DNA of 64,000 nt from Candidatus Eiseniibacteriota bacterium. GTDB taxonomy: Bacteria; Eisenbacteria; RBG-16-71-46. The stretch lies in assembly GCA_963776245.1 (NCBI GenBank), contig CAVZLN010000003.1, positions 608,001 to 672,000 of the forward strand, in the 5' to 3' direction. The notes below the pieces were generated by a model. The model did not search any database. It worked only from the letters and a program-made list of their open reading frames with translations, and was not told the origin of the DNA. The position numbers were made by a program, and so were the translations under genes. Each line of letters opens with the position of its first letter. Position 1 is the first letter of the stretch. Shown here in pieces: positions 44,001-55,629 of the stretch.

Positions 44001-44103
44001 GTGGCGGGCGGAGTGGGCCGGGTCCGGAGGGGTGCGTGTGGGTATTAGCGGCCCGGAGGATCTGGCCCGCTCCGCTCGCCACACGGCCCACTCCGCTCGC
44101 CGC
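44001..44103. repeat. 19-bp unit present once inverted and twice in tandem
   Basis: GTGGCGGGCGGAGTGGGCC (44001-44019) versus GGCCC[G/A]CTCCGCTCGCC[A/G]C at 44064-44082 and 44085-44103. Confidence 0.75.
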
Positions 44104-44127
44104 GCAGGGGGCGGGGCGTGCGCCCAC

Positions 44128-44334
44128 AAACGAAAACGCCCGGCATGGACCGGGCGATCCCGTTTCGGCGGGTCTGCGGCCCCCGCGCTTTCGAGAGAGA
44201 GGATGCGGGCCCCGGCGCTTGATGCCGGAGCCCCACCTTCCGGCCCACCCCGGTACGGGGGTCCCAAGACCCTTGCTTGCGCGTCACCGGAGGGGCTCTC
44301 GATCTGACGCGTCGGATCTCGGTCCGGCGCTGTC
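44128..44334 (-). ncRNA. Candidate sigma54-dependent sRNA D
   Basis: GG-N10-GC (CGGAACGGGACTTGCA, 44359-44344) upstream; hairpin series; terminator CGCCCGG-TCCATG-CCGGGCG-TTTTCGTTT. Confidence 0.5.
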
Positions 44335-44423
44335 AGGAGTGACTGCAAGTCCCGTTCCGCGCGGAACGATGCCCTTTGTCACCCGTAAGACATTGTCCCA
44401 GCGGTCGGGCGCCGAAGCCAGGC

Positions 44424-44456
44424 AAAAAAACCATCCGTCCGGGTCCATGCGGATGG
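44424..44456 (-). terminator. Intrinsic terminator of the ABC/MFS operon
   Basis: CCATCCG...CGGATGG followed by TTTTTTT. Confidence 0.75.
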
Positions 44457-44529
44457 ACGGAAACCACCGGGCTTATCGCCCTGCCCGGGGACGGCCCCCC
44501 CGGGGACCGTTCCGGCCTCGTTCCCGGCG

Positions 44530-45987
44530 TCAGGCGCCCGGGGAGGCCTTCGGCGGGCGTTGCTGGAGCAGGACGAGCACCACCCCGATGGCCGCCAGCA
44601 CCGCCATCACCAGGTAGGCGTCGTGCGTGGCGCGGGTCAGCGCGTCGGCGTTCAGCGCCTCCGGGTGCGCCGCCAGCGCGCCGCCGCCGTGCGCCGCGTA
44701 GCGCGACGCGGCCAGCGCGGCCATCACCGCCGCGCCGCCCGCGAAGCCGAGGTTGCGCATCGTGGCCTGCAGTCCGGATGCCATCCCGAGCAGCTCGGGC
44801 GGCACGAACGAGAGCAACGCGCTCGAGTTGGGCACCATGAAGAGCCCCTGCCCGGTGCCGATGAGCGCCATGCCGCCGAGGATGGCGAGCGCGTGCCGGT
44901 GGAGCGCGACGTGGGAGAGCGTCCAGAACCCCACCGCGGTGAGCGCCATGCCGAAGGCGGAGAGCGGCTTGGTGCCGATTCGGTCGGCATATCGCCCGGC
45001 GAGCGGCGAGAACACCAGCGCGGTCACCGGCATGATGGCGAGCCAGCGGCCGGTGGCCGCGGCGTCCATCCGGAGCACGCCCTCCAGGTAGAGCGGCAAC
45101 TGGAAGCCGACGGTCACTCCCAGCAGGTGCGCGAGCAGGGTGAGGGACACCGCGAGCCCGAGCGGGCCTCGCACCACCCGCCCCGGCAGCAGCGGCTCGG
45201 CCGAGCGATGTTCGGCGAGGGCGAAGAGCGCCAGCAGCAGCGCGGATCCGCCGAACAACCCCCAGACGAGCGGGCTCATCCAGCCCTCGGCCGGCCCGCG
45301 CGAGAGCGCGAGCATGAGCGCCACCAGCGCGCCGCACCACAGCCCCGCGGCAGCGAGGTCGAGCTTCGCTCCCGGGCGCGCGGGCGGGTCCACCGGCACC
45401 CGCGTCCGCAACAGCCAGTAGGCCAGCAGGCCGAGCGGCAGGTTGATGAGGAACAGCCAGCGCCACGACCAGTGCCCGACGATCAGCCCCCCGAGCGGCG
45501 TCCCCACGGCGAGCCCGACGCCCACCACCGCGCCGAACGCCCCGAGCGCCTTGCCCCGCTCCTCGGCCGGGAAGGACGACACCAGCAGCGCCGCGCTGTT
45601 GGCCGACATCATGGCCGCGCCCAGGCCCTGCAGCGCGCGCGCCGCCACCAGCCATCCCGCGCTCTGGGCCGCTCCGCACAGCGCGGATGCGGTGACGAAC
45701 AGCAGCAGCCCCCAGCCGTAGACCCGCCGCCGCCCGATCTGGTCGGCGAGCCGGCCGAGGGTGAGCAGCAGCCCGGTGATGGTGAGCACGTACGCGAGCA
45801 CCACCCACTCGATGGTGGTGAGCGGCACGCCGAACGCCCGGGACAGCGTGGGCAGCGCGATGTTCACCACGCTGACGTCGAGCGTGGCCATCGCCACGCC
45901 GAGCGCGAGCGGCGGGAACGTGCGCCAGCGCGGCAGGGCCGCTCCGCCGACGGATGCGGGTTCGGCGTCCTCGGAGCCCGGACTCAC
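44530..45987 (-). CDS. MFS drug efflux transporter (DHA2, EmrB/QacA-like)
   Basis: LDVSVVNIALP, GRLADQIGRRR, WRWLFLINLPLG; GTGA overlap with the upstream gene. Confidence 0.9.
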   Translation of the reverse strand: MSPGSEDAEPASVGGAALPRWRTFPPLALGVAMATLDVSVVNIALPTLSRAFGVPLTTIEWVVLAYVLTITGLLLTLGRLADQIGRRRVYGWGLLLFVTASALCGAAQSAGWLVAARALQGLGAAMMSANSAALLVSSFPAEERGKALGAFGAVVGVGLAVGTPLGGLIVGHWSWRWLFLINLPLGLLAYWLLRTRVPVDPPARPGAKLDLAAAGLWCGALVALMLALSRGPAEGWMSPLVWGLFGGSALLLALFALAEHRSAEPLLPGRVVRGPLGLAVSLTLLAHLLGVTVGFQLPLYLEGVLRMDAAATGRWLAIMPVTALVFSPLAGRYADRIGTKPLSAFGMALTAVGFWTLSHVALHRHALAILGGMALIGTGQGLFMVPNSSALLSFVPPELLGMASGLQATMRNLGFAGGAAVMAALAASRYAAHGGGALAAHPEALNADALTRATHDAYLVMAVLAAIGVVLVLLQQRPPKASPGA

Positions 45988-47282
45988 TTCGTCCGTGCCC
46001 ACTTGAGGATCTCGGGCAGGTTCGGGGTCTTGCCGTACATGAGGAGCCCGATCCGGAAGATCCGCGCCGCGGCGGTGAGCACCAGCCACGCCGAGCCGGC
46101 CAGCAGTGCGATCGAGAGCGCGAGCTGCCACGGCGGCACGGCGCTGTCGGGTATGGCGAGGCGCATCACCGTGGTCGAGGCGGCGGTGAACGGGATGAGC
46201 GAGAGCACCAGCGCCACCGGGCCATCCGGGTGCGAGATGATCTGCATCATCACGATGAACGGGGCGAAATTGGCGAAGGTGAACGCCCACGCCACCTGCT
46301 GCGCCTCGCGCATGTTGCTCGTCATGGCGCCGATCGCCGTCATCAGGCTCGCGTAGAACAGGTAGCCCAGCAGGAAGTAGATCAGCATCAGCGCCAGCAG
46401 CGACGGCGGGAAGTGCACCTGCGCCAGCGCCGCCGCGGGCGCGGAGAACACGAACCCGCTGCCGGCCCACGCCGCCACCAGCGTGAGGCCGACGCTGCCG
46501 AGCCCGAGCATCTTGCCGACCAGCAGGTCCTCGGCGGTCACCGTGCAGATGAGCGACTCGAGGATGCGGGACTCCTTCTCCTCGCTCACGCCCTGGAGCA
46601 GGTACTGCCCCCCGGTCACGATCGAGACGCTCATGAGCATGCCGAACAACAGCGGCAGCAGCAGGCCCATCAGCTCGCGGCGGTCGTCCTTGACCGTGAA
46701 CGCGCCATTCTTGCCGAGCTCGTAGGTCACCAGTCCGCGCGATGGACGCGAGACGCGCTCGATCCGGGCGGAATCCACCCGGCCGGCCAGCAGGCCGCGC
46801 ACCAGCCATTGGGTGACGGGGCGCTCGCCCGCGCTGCTGAATCCGCCGCCGCCGCGTGCGTAGCGCCGCAACGCCCCGGTCGTGAGGTAGTCCGGCGGCA
46901 CCACCAGCACCTGGTCCACCGCGCGGTCGCGCAGCGCGGTCTCGGCCTGGGCCTGCGAGTCGAACCGGCGCACCGCCGCGGTGAAGACCTGCGGAGCGGC
47001 CTTGACCGGCTTGGTGTCGAACGGATTGAGCTCGGCGGAGAACACGGTGCGGATCTCGCGCGAGGCTTCCGCGAACATCCCGGAGGAATCCACCACGCCG
47101 AGCGTGTGCAGCTCCCGGATGGACTTCACCGCATCGTCGATCTGGGGCTTCACCGACATCCACATCACGAACGCGAAGTAGGCCGGCATGCCGATGAGCG
47201 TGATGAGGAACGCCTTCTTGCGCACCGAGGTCAGGTACTCGCGCCGCGCGATGATCAAGGCGCGTCTCCAGGAGAACCTCAT
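45984..47282 (-). CDS. ABC-2 permease (NatB/YhaP-like)
   Basis: IARREYL, EEKESRILESL, GKMLG, YFLLGYLFYASL, IFRIGLLMYG. Confidence 0.88.
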   Translation of the reverse strand: MRFSWRRALIIARREYLTSVRKKAFLITLIGMPAYFAFVMWMSVKPQIDDAVKSIRELHTLGVVDSSGMFAEASREIRTVFSAELNPFDTKPVKAAPQVFTAAVRRFDSQAQAETALRDRAVDQVLVVPPDYLTTGALRRYARGGGGFSSAGERPVTQWLVRGLLAGRVDSARIERVSRPSRGLVTYELGKNGAFTVKDDRRELMGLLLPLLFGMLMSVSIVTGGQYLLQGVSEEKESRILESLICTVTAEDLLVGKMLGLGSVGLTLVAAWAGSGFVFSAPAAALAQVHFPPSLLALMLIYFLLGYLFYASLMTAIGAMTSNMREAQQVAWAFTFANFAPFIVMMQIISHPDGPVALVLSLIPFTAASTTVMRLAIPDSAVPPWQLALSIALLAGSAWLVLTAAARIFRIGLLMYGKTPNLPEILKWARTK

Positions 47283-48232
47283 CGTGCACCTCCCGCCACG
47301 GGGGCTTCATCCAGGGTGGGCGGGCCGCTCTGGCCGTGGTCGAGGCCGAGACCCTCGCGCACCACCTTCACGAAGATGTCCTCGAGCGGCAGGGTCGCGT
47401 GCTCGAACGACTCGATCTCGACCCCGGCGTCGAGCAGCGCGCGCAGCACGCCGCCCGGGGTGGCGTCCGCGTCGAGCACCAGCTTGTGGGCGCCGTTGAA
47501 GGGCTCCACCACCCGCACCCCCGCGACCCGCGGCGGCGGCGAGGCGGCGCGCACCACCACGGCGTGATCGGCGTAGGTCCGGCGCAGCTCCCGCACCGGG
47601 CCGTAGAGCACCATGTGGCCGCGATTGATCATGAGCGCGCGGTCGCACTGCTGCTCGACCTTGTTCATCTGGTGGGTCGAGAGCAGCACGGTGGTGCCGG
47701 CGGCGCGGCGCTCGGCGAGCACGTCCTCGAACAACTGGACGTTGAGCGGGTCGAGTCCGCTGAACGGCTCGTCGAGGATCAGCAGCCGCGGTTCGCCGAT
47801 GAGCGCGGTGCACAGCTGCACCTTCTGCTGCATGCCCTTCGACAGCGACTGGACCTGCTTGTCCGCCCATTCCTTCAGTTCGACGCGCTCGAGCAGGCGG
47901 CTCGCCGCGGTCGCCGCATCCCCGCGGCTCATGCCTTTGAGCTCGCCGTAGTAAGCGAGGGCCTCGATCACCTTCACCTTCCGATAGAGCCCGCGCTCCT
48001 CGGGCAGGTACGCGATGCGCTCGCGCGGACCGGTGGACACCGAGTGCCCGTCGAGCATGATGGTGCCGGAATCGGGCCGCAGGATGTCGGTGATCATCCG
48101 GATGAGCGTGGTCTTGCCGGCGCCGTTGGGGCCCAGCAGCGCGAAGATCTCCCCGGGATTCACGTCGAAGGAGACGCGGTTCACCACCGCGCGGCCGTCG
48201 TAGGACTTCGTGACGTCGCGGATCTCGAGCAT
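47279..48232 (-). CDS. ABC ATP-binding protein (NatA/YhaQ-like)
   Basis: GPNGAGKT, YLPEERGLY, LSKGMQQK, LDEPFSGLDP. Confidence 0.92.
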   Translation of the reverse strand: MLEIRDVTKSYDGRAVVNRVSFDVNPGEIFALLGPNGAGKTTLIRMITDILRPDSGTIMLDGHSVSTGPRERIAYLPEERGLYRKVKVIEALAYYGELKGMSRGDAATAASRLLERVELKEWADKQVQSLSKGMQQKVQLCTALIGEPRLLILDEPFSGLDPLNVQLFEDVLAERRAAGTTVLLSTHQMNKVEQQCDRALMINRGHMVLYGPVRELRRTYADHAVVVRAASPPPRVAGVRVVEPFNGAHKLVLDADATPGGVLRALLDAGVEIESFEHATLPLEDIFVKVVREGLGLDHGQSGPPTLDEAPVAGGAR

Positions 48233-48491
48233 GTGCTCCTCGGGGATCGTGGAAGGGTGTCCGTGCGGCCGGATGGCTGCGGTGCGGAGCACGCAGCCTA
48301 GAAGAACGCTCTCGGCCGCTCAAGGCGTTCGGGACCGAGCGCGAGCGACCGGTCCGCCAGGCGCAGCCGCCGCGCGGCACCCCGGCGCACGGCTGGCCGC
48401 CCGGCCGCCGGGGGTGGGCAGAAACCGGACGAGGGGGCGGCAGGATGCACGCTCGAAGGCCTCCGGGCGCGCGGAATCCAGCGTGCGCGGA

Positions 48492-48507
48492 TGGCCCCGA
48501 TATTGCA
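48492..48507 (+). promoter_or_regulatory. sigma54 -24/-12 promoter
   Basis: TGGCCCCGATATTGCA (GG-N10-GC). Confidence 0.6.
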
Positions 48508-48586
48508 GGATACCCACGTGGATCAGAGCGCCTCGCACCGCCCGCCCGGGCGGCGCGCGCGCCGTTCTCCGGAGGATGCCCTCGCG

Positions 48587-49846
48587 ATGGACACGCTCAC
48601 CCGTCGTATCGCCGCCGTCGGCCTGATGGCCGCGCTCGCCGTGGGTCTCGCGCTGGCCGCGGGCTGCAGCAAGGAGTCCCTGTTCGCGCCCGTCGCGCCA
48701 CCTCCGCTCTCGGCCGTGATCGTGCTCCCCCATGACACCACGCTCCTGGTCGGGCAGTCGCATGCGTTCAGCGCGACCGCGCTCGACACCCACGGGGTCG
48801 CCGTGCCCGGCGTGGCCTTCCTGTGGGCGAGCACCGACCCCGCGGTGTTCACGGTGAGCAACACCGGCGTGGTGACCGCGAGCGGCGTGGGCCTCGCCCG
48901 ACTGCTGGTGCGCGCGGGCGGGAAGTCCGACACCGCGACCGTGGCCGTCCTGCCCACGACGCGCGGCTGGGTCCAGCAGGCGAGCGGGGCGTCGACCAGC
49001 CTCAATGGCGTGTTCTTCCGGCCCGATGGCCGCCACGGCTGGGCGGTGGGGGCCGGGGGCACCATCCGGGCGACCCAGGACGGTGGCGTGAACTGGGGGG
49101 TTCAGGTGGGGATGCCCGTGGTGCTCCGCGCGGTCTGGTTCACCAGCGACACCGAAGGCTGGGTGGTGGGGGAAAATGGCACCTTGCTGCACACCACCGA
49201 CGGCGGCGTCAACTGGGTGCCCGGCGTGATCGCGGCCGGCGCGCATCTGAACGACGTGTGCTTCGCCACTCCCGACACCGGCTGGGCGGTCGGCGGCAGC
49301 GGCGCCATCGTCCGCACGTTCGACCACGGCGTCACCTGGACCCAGACGAATCCCACCACCGCCAACCTGCGGGGCGTGTCGTTCGCGGACACGCGATACG
49401 GCTGGGCGGTGGGTGACAACGGCGTGATCGTGGGAACCAGCGACCGCGGGGTGAACTGGAGCGTGGTCACTCCGGCGGTCACCACGCAGAACCTGCGCTC
49501 GGTCTGGCGGACCAGCGCCCAGCGCGCGAACGCGGTCGGCGCCGCAGGGGCGGCGCCGCGCAGCGCCAACGATGGATTCGGCAATCCGGTGTGGACCCTC
49601 GTCAATCCCGGCGCGGCCTACGCGCTCGAGGGCGTGTGCTTCGCGGACAGCGTGCGGGGATGGGCGGTGGGGCTCAACGGCATCGGCTTCGTGCTCCGCA
49701 CCGTGGACGGCGGGCTCCACTGGACGCCGCAATCGATCACCGCGGGCAACCGCCTCAACGACGTGTTCTTCGCCGACTCCTCGCGCGGATGGGCCGTCGG
49801 CGAGAACGGCCAGATCTTCAGCACCACCTCGGGCGGGCGGCCGTAG
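48587..49846 (+). CDS. Lipoprotein with Ig-like (Big_2) domain and YCF48/BNR beta-propeller
   Basis: Lipobox LAAGC; WASTDPAV...GVVTA; repeated GWAVG..G.I..T.DGG.NW. Confidence 0.85.
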   Translation: MDTLTRRIAAVGLMAALAVGLALAAGCSKESLFAPVAPPPLSAVIVLPHDTTLLVGQSHAFSATALDTHGVAVPGVAFLWASTDPAVFTVSNTGVVTASGVGLARLLVRAGGKSDTATVAVLPTTRGWVQQASGASTSLNGVFFRPDGRHGWAVGAGGTIRATQDGGVNWGVQVGMPVVLRAVWFTSDTEGWVVGENGTLLHTTDGGVNWVPGVIAAGAHLNDVCFATPDTGWAVGGSGAIVRTFDHGVTWTQTNPTTANLRGVSFADTRYGWAVGDNGVIVGTSDRGVNWSVVTPAVTTQNLRSVWRTSAQRANAVGAAGAAPRSANDGFGNPVWTLVNPGAAYALEGVCFADSVRGWAVGLNGIGFVLRTVDGGLHWTPQSITAGNRLNDVFFADSSRGWAVGENGQIFSTTSGGRP

Positions 49847-49943
49847 GCACGCGGCCGCGGCGGGCTCGGTCCGCGCGGCCCGTGCTACAGTGACGCGCGC
49901 CGTCGGGAACCCCGGCGGCGCGCGTTCGCATCGGGGGGCACCG

Positions 49944-50468
49944 GTGGCGCAAGAGCGACTCATCGTCGTCGACGGCTACAACCTCATCCTGCGCACGCCG
50001 CAACTGCGGCCCGAAGCGGGACGGTCGATGCACGACGCGCGCAAGAAGCTGCTCAACCTGCTCGCGTGGACGGTCGGCGGCCGCGAGGCGCGTTTCATCG
50101 TGGTGTTCGACGGAACCGGAAGCGGGAGCGGCGGGGGCGGCGGGGGCGGCGGCGGCCGCGTCGCGGTGCGCTTCTCGCGCCCGCCCGAGACCGCGGATGA
50201 CGTCATCCGTCGCGTCGTCGAGGAAGAGATCGGGCGGGTCGAACACCTGACCGTGGTGACCGCCGACCTCGAAGTGGCGCGTCACGCGCGCGCGATGGGC
50301 GCGGACATCGCGCTCTCCGACCTGTTCCTCGCCAGCGCGCTCGGGCCGCGCGCGGAGGGCGATCCCGAGAAGCCGGCAGCGCTCTCCAAGAAGGAACTCG
50401 AGGAGTGGGTCACCCTCTTCCGCGACCGCCGCCCCGGCGACCCGGGCTCCGAGGAGCCCGGGGACTGA
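49944..50468 (+). CDS. NYN-domain (YacP-like) ribonuclease
   Basis: LIVVDGYNLI, VVFDG, ETADDVI, VVTAD. Confidence 0.8.
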   Translation: MAQERLIVVDGYNLILRTPQLRPEAGRSMHDARKKLLNLLAWTVGGREARFIVVFDGTGSGSGGGGGGGGGRVAVRFSRPPETADDVIRRVVEEEIGRVEHLTVVTADLEVARHARAMGADIALSDLFLASALGPRAEGDPEKPAALSKKELEEWVTLFRDRRPGDPGSEEPGD

Positions 50469-50550
50469 GGGCGCCGCGCGCGATCGGCGCGCATGCGAAC
50501 GGGCGGTCCGCCATCCGGCAGGCCGCCCGTCGTGTCACGCGCCCGGGACG

Positions 50551-51522
50551 CTACGGCATGTACTCCGGGAGCTCGGTCGGGCGCACGTGGTACGGGAGCA
50601 CCCAGGCCTGCGAATCGTACGGCGCGAGATCGTCGAACAGCGTTCCGTGCGAGAGGGCGTTGACCCCCACGTGGCCGACGCCCCGCATCAGCGGCGCCTT
50701 CCACCGGCCGGTGTACGTGCGGTCGCCGTTGTTCGCGAAGCGGAACCGGAGCCCGCGCCACAACAGGACCACGACGTCGTCCGTGGCCCGCGTGGTCGCG
50801 GTGAGGGTGACCTCGTCGGTGGCCTGGAGCGCGAGGACCGCGCGCAACCTGAACAACGCGAGCGGATCCGTGATGGTGGTGTCGAGGCCCGTCGACTGCA
50901 CCCGCACGCTCACGATCCGGGTCGTGCCGTAGGCCGGAGACACCTTGCTCGAGCCCGGATCGAACGAGGTGATCTTCGCGCCCGAGGTCGCCGCGACCCG
51001 CCACGCGGTCTGGCCCGAGCTCCCCAGCGGGACCCGCTTGAGCAGCAGGTGGCGCACGCTGTGGTCGGCGAGCGGCTTGCGCGCCACCGCCACCGAATCG
51101 GAGTCCGCCACCGCGGCCGGATCGAGGCCCAGGGAGTGGAGGACGTTGAACGATCCCGACATGAACTTGTGCGCGGTCACGAACGCCGTGGTCGGGCGCC
51201 CGGTCGAGTCGCTGTCCGCGAACGCGAACTCGAACCGGCGGTCGACATCGGTGATGACGCGCCAGAAGCGCAACGGGCGGATCGCCGCGAGCGCACCGGG
51301 CGCGCCGCCGCCGAGCGTGATCTGGGCCGGATCCTCGAACACCGCGTCCTCGACCAATTCGGGGGTGGCCGCGAGCGTCGCGGTGACCGCCGCCACTTCC
51401 ATACTGGTGCCGGTCGCGCCTCGGGACGGCGCGGGAGCGGTGAGCGAGGACCGCGTGCCGCAGCCGGACAGCGTGCCGGCCGCGAGCAGCAGTGCGACGC
51501 CGAGGGTGAGCGGCGTTCTCAT
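50551..51522 (-). CDS. Hypothetical lipoprotein
   Basis: AGGAGG RBS; lipobox LSGC; beta-rich. Confidence 0.75.
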   Translation of the reverse strand: MRTPLTLGVALLLAAGTLSGCGTRSSLTAPAPSRGATGTSMEVAAVTATLAATPELVEDAVFEDPAQITLGGGAPGALAAIRPLRFWRVITDVDRRFEFAFADSDSTGRPTTAFVTAHKFMSGSFNVLHSLGLDPAAVADSDSVAVARKPLADHSVRHLLLKRVPLGSSGQTAWRVAATSGAKITSFDPGSSKVSPAYGTTRIVSVRVQSTGLDTTITDPLALFRLRAVLALQATDEVTLTATTRATDDVVVLLWRGLRFRFANNGDRTYTGRWKAPLMRGVGHVGVNALSHGTLFDDLAPYDSQAWVLPYHVRPTELPEYMP

Positions 51523-51605
51523 GGGCTTCCTCCTTGCGCCCGGGCGCGCGAGCGGGCCGCGGGCAGGTGAGACACGGGACCAGGACGACCCTTCGCCATC
51601 CGCCA

Positions 51606-51622
51606 TCGCACCGCCCGTGCCA
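51606..51622 (-). promoter_or_regulatory. sigma54 -24/-12 promoter
   Basis: TGGCACGGGCGGTGCGA (GG-N10-GC). Confidence 0.55.
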
Positions 51623-51824
51623 CGGGCGCAGCCGCGCCAATCCCTTGCGCCCCAATGACGGCACTCGAGGGCCGGGGTGACCCGGTGTACGCCCCGGTGC
51701 ACCTGAAGCGCCGCGGGGCGCACGATGGCGGTCAGGTGGGCCCGTCGACGCCGTGCCGGGCGGGAACGCAACGGGGCGCGCCCCCCTCGGGAGCGCGCCC
51801 CGCGATGATGCCTGCCGCGATCCG

Positions 51825-52601
51825 TCAGCGGCGGATGGTGGCGGTCCGGTTCACCGTGAAGGTGATCTCGGTGCCCTCCTTGACCGTGGCCTGGTAGCCC
51901 TTGCTCTTGGCCACCGCGCCGGTCGCCGCGGCGCCGCCGATGAGTCCTCCGATCAAGGCGCCCTTGTTGCTGCCACCGATCGCCTTGCCCAGCAGCGCGC
52001 CCGCGGCCGCGCCGCCGGCGACCGCGCCCACGTTCCGCGCACGGGTGCCCCCGGCGATGATGCTGTCCGCGCCGGCCGAGACCTCGAAGGTCGTGCCGTC
52101 GATCTCGACCGAGCGCACGGCCAGCACCAGGAAGGCACGACTACCGCGCTCGGCCGGCTCGACCGCCCGCACCACCCCGTTCACGCGTGCGCCCGCCGGG
52201 ATGGGAACGCTGGTGCCGGAGACGACCGGGTCCTTGATGGTGCCGGTCCACGAGTCACCGGCCTGCGCCGTCTCGGAGGTGAGCGCGGTCGTGACGGCGA
52301 TCTTGAGCGGCGTGCCCGAGGGCACCGTCATTCCGGGCTTCTCGGCCGCGACGGGCGCGGGCGTCGGCGCCGGCGCGGGCTTGGGCCTGCGCTGGGTGGG
52401 TGTGGGCGCGGGCGTCGGTGCCGGCGCCGGCTGGTACTGCTCGGCCGGGGTCACGCTCCCCTGCGGTGTCTCCACGGGATTCTGCGCGAGCAGGCTGTCG
52501 CTCGCGCTGGTCGCGGCCTGCTCGGCCTTCTTGGCGCAGCCGGCGAGCCCGGCGACGAGAAGGGCCGCGGCGAGGGAAAGCAGAAGGGTCCTGGTTCTCA
52601 T
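51825..52601 (-). CDS. Lipoprotein with Pro-rich linker and glycine-zipper C-terminal domain
   Basis: Lipobox LAGC; VPSGT..I.V...L.SE motif; GGAAAGALLGKAIGG..KGALIGG. Confidence 0.8.
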   Translation of the reverse strand: MRTRTLLLSLAAALLVAGLAGCAKKAEQAATSASDSLLAQNPVETPQGSVTPAEQYQPAPAPTPAPTPTQRRPKPAPAPTPAPVAAEKPGMTVPSGTPLKIAVTTALTSETAQAGDSWTGTIKDPVVSGTSVPIPAGARVNGVVRAVEPAERGSRAFLVLAVRSVEIDGTTFEVSAGADSIIAGGTRARNVGAVAGGAAAGALLGKAIGGSNKGALIGGLIGGAAATGAVAKSKGYQATVKEGTEITFTVNRTATIRR

Positions 52602-52853
52602 GGCACTCACTCCTTGTGATCGACCGGCAGAAAGGCCGGATTCCGTGGTGACGACCGGGCGAACGCCCTTGCGCCCGGCGGGGGAGCTGGAGATGGGCGG
52701 GAGTGTGCAGCGCGGCGTCACGAATGGCAAGGACGGCGATGCGGCCCCACGGCAAGACGCGCGCCCCACGCGCCACGGCGTTGGGGCGGCCGGGCGCTTC
52801 CGCTACTCTGGGATCCCACGCGGTCCCGGATGCTCGAACCGAGGAGGAGTGCC

Positions 52854-54371
<1,518 letters not shown>

Positions 54372-55090
54372 TCGCGGGAGCCTCGCGTTCGACCCGCAGG
54401 CGCGCGTCGGGCTGCACCAGGCGCAGCATGTGCCCATCGGGGCCCAGCCACGCCTCATAGTGGATCGCGCCATCGGTGAATCCGAGCCGGCGCGTGATCA
54501 CCCGCCGGCCGCCCCAGCGCAGCGTGTCGGCGCCGAGGTCGGTCACCGTCCCCTCGAACAACGAGTCGCGCGGGCCGATCGCGAACAGGTTGAGCGGACG
54601 CGATTCGAACGTCGTGCCGGCGAGCGCGCGGCAGATCACATCGAACAGCGAGAACATCCCGCCGTCCAACACGAACAGGCGTCCAGGCGGAAGCGCGTAC
54701 ACGTCGCCCTCCCCGCGATCGTCGTACTGACGGAACGAGGAGAACGTGGTGTCCCGCGCGACCACCGAGCGGACCGCCCGGTGCCCGCCCAGGTCCTGGG
54801 TGGACGCGTAGGACTTGAAACCATGGCTGATCGCGTCCACCACCAGCGTCATGCGCTTGCGCAGGGTATCCGCCCCATCGCCGCGGAGGAGCGTCTGGTA
54901 GACTTCGGACTCGACCCAGAGCGAGTCCGATCGGTGCTCGTACGAGAACGTCTCGACACCCAGCAGCCGGTCGCCGACGGTCACGGTGAAGGTGCCCCGG
55001 TCGACCGGTTCCCCGGCGGAGCGGGCAGGACCGGCGGGGACGAGGGCGGCGAGGAGCCCGCCCGCGAGCAGGATGCGCAGGAGATTCTTC

Positions 55091-55543
55091 ATGGCCGACA
55101 AGGTTAGCACAGGGAGCGCATGCGCCCTCGCGCTCGCCACCCTCCTCATGCTCGGGGCCATCCCCGGGTGCGGGGGCGCCGGCGACGGCTCGCGCGGCCC
55201 GGGAACGGTGCGAGCGGGCGCGCACACCACCGCCGGCGCCGTCTCGCCTCAGGAAGCCCGGCGCCTCATCGCCGCCGACAGCACGCTGCTGGTGCTCGAC
55301 GTGCGCGATCCCGCGGAGTGGGACGACGACGTCGGCCACATCGCGCAGGCACGGCTGATCCCGCTGGGGCAGCTCGCGGGCCGGCTGGCCGAGATCGAGC
55401 GCTGGAAGGACCGGACGATCATCACCGTGTGTCGCGTGGGCGTGCGCAGTCACCGCGCCGTCGAGCTGCTCGAGTCACGCCGCTTCCGGGACGCGCGCAA
55501 CCTGATCGGCGGCATGGAGGCGTGGAGGGCGGCGGGGTACTAG
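55091..55543 (+). CDS. Rhodanese-domain lipoprotein
   Basis: Lipobox IPGC; LDVRDPAEW, GHIAQA, CRVGVRS, NLIGGMEAW. Confidence 0.8.
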   Translation: MADKVSTGSACALALATLLMLGAIPGCGGAGDGSRGPGTVRAGAHTTAGAVSPQEARRLIAADSTLLVLDVRDPAEWDDDVGHIAQARLIPLGQLAGRLAEIERWKDRTIITVCRVGVRSHRAVELLESRRFRDARNLIGGMEAWRAAGY

Positions 55544-55629
55544 CCGCCACCGCTCCCGGATCGCGGCGGCCGGCGGGTCGCGTCGCGACACCGCTCCCCG
55601 TCGCGGCTCGCGGTCCGCGCCCACCCCGC

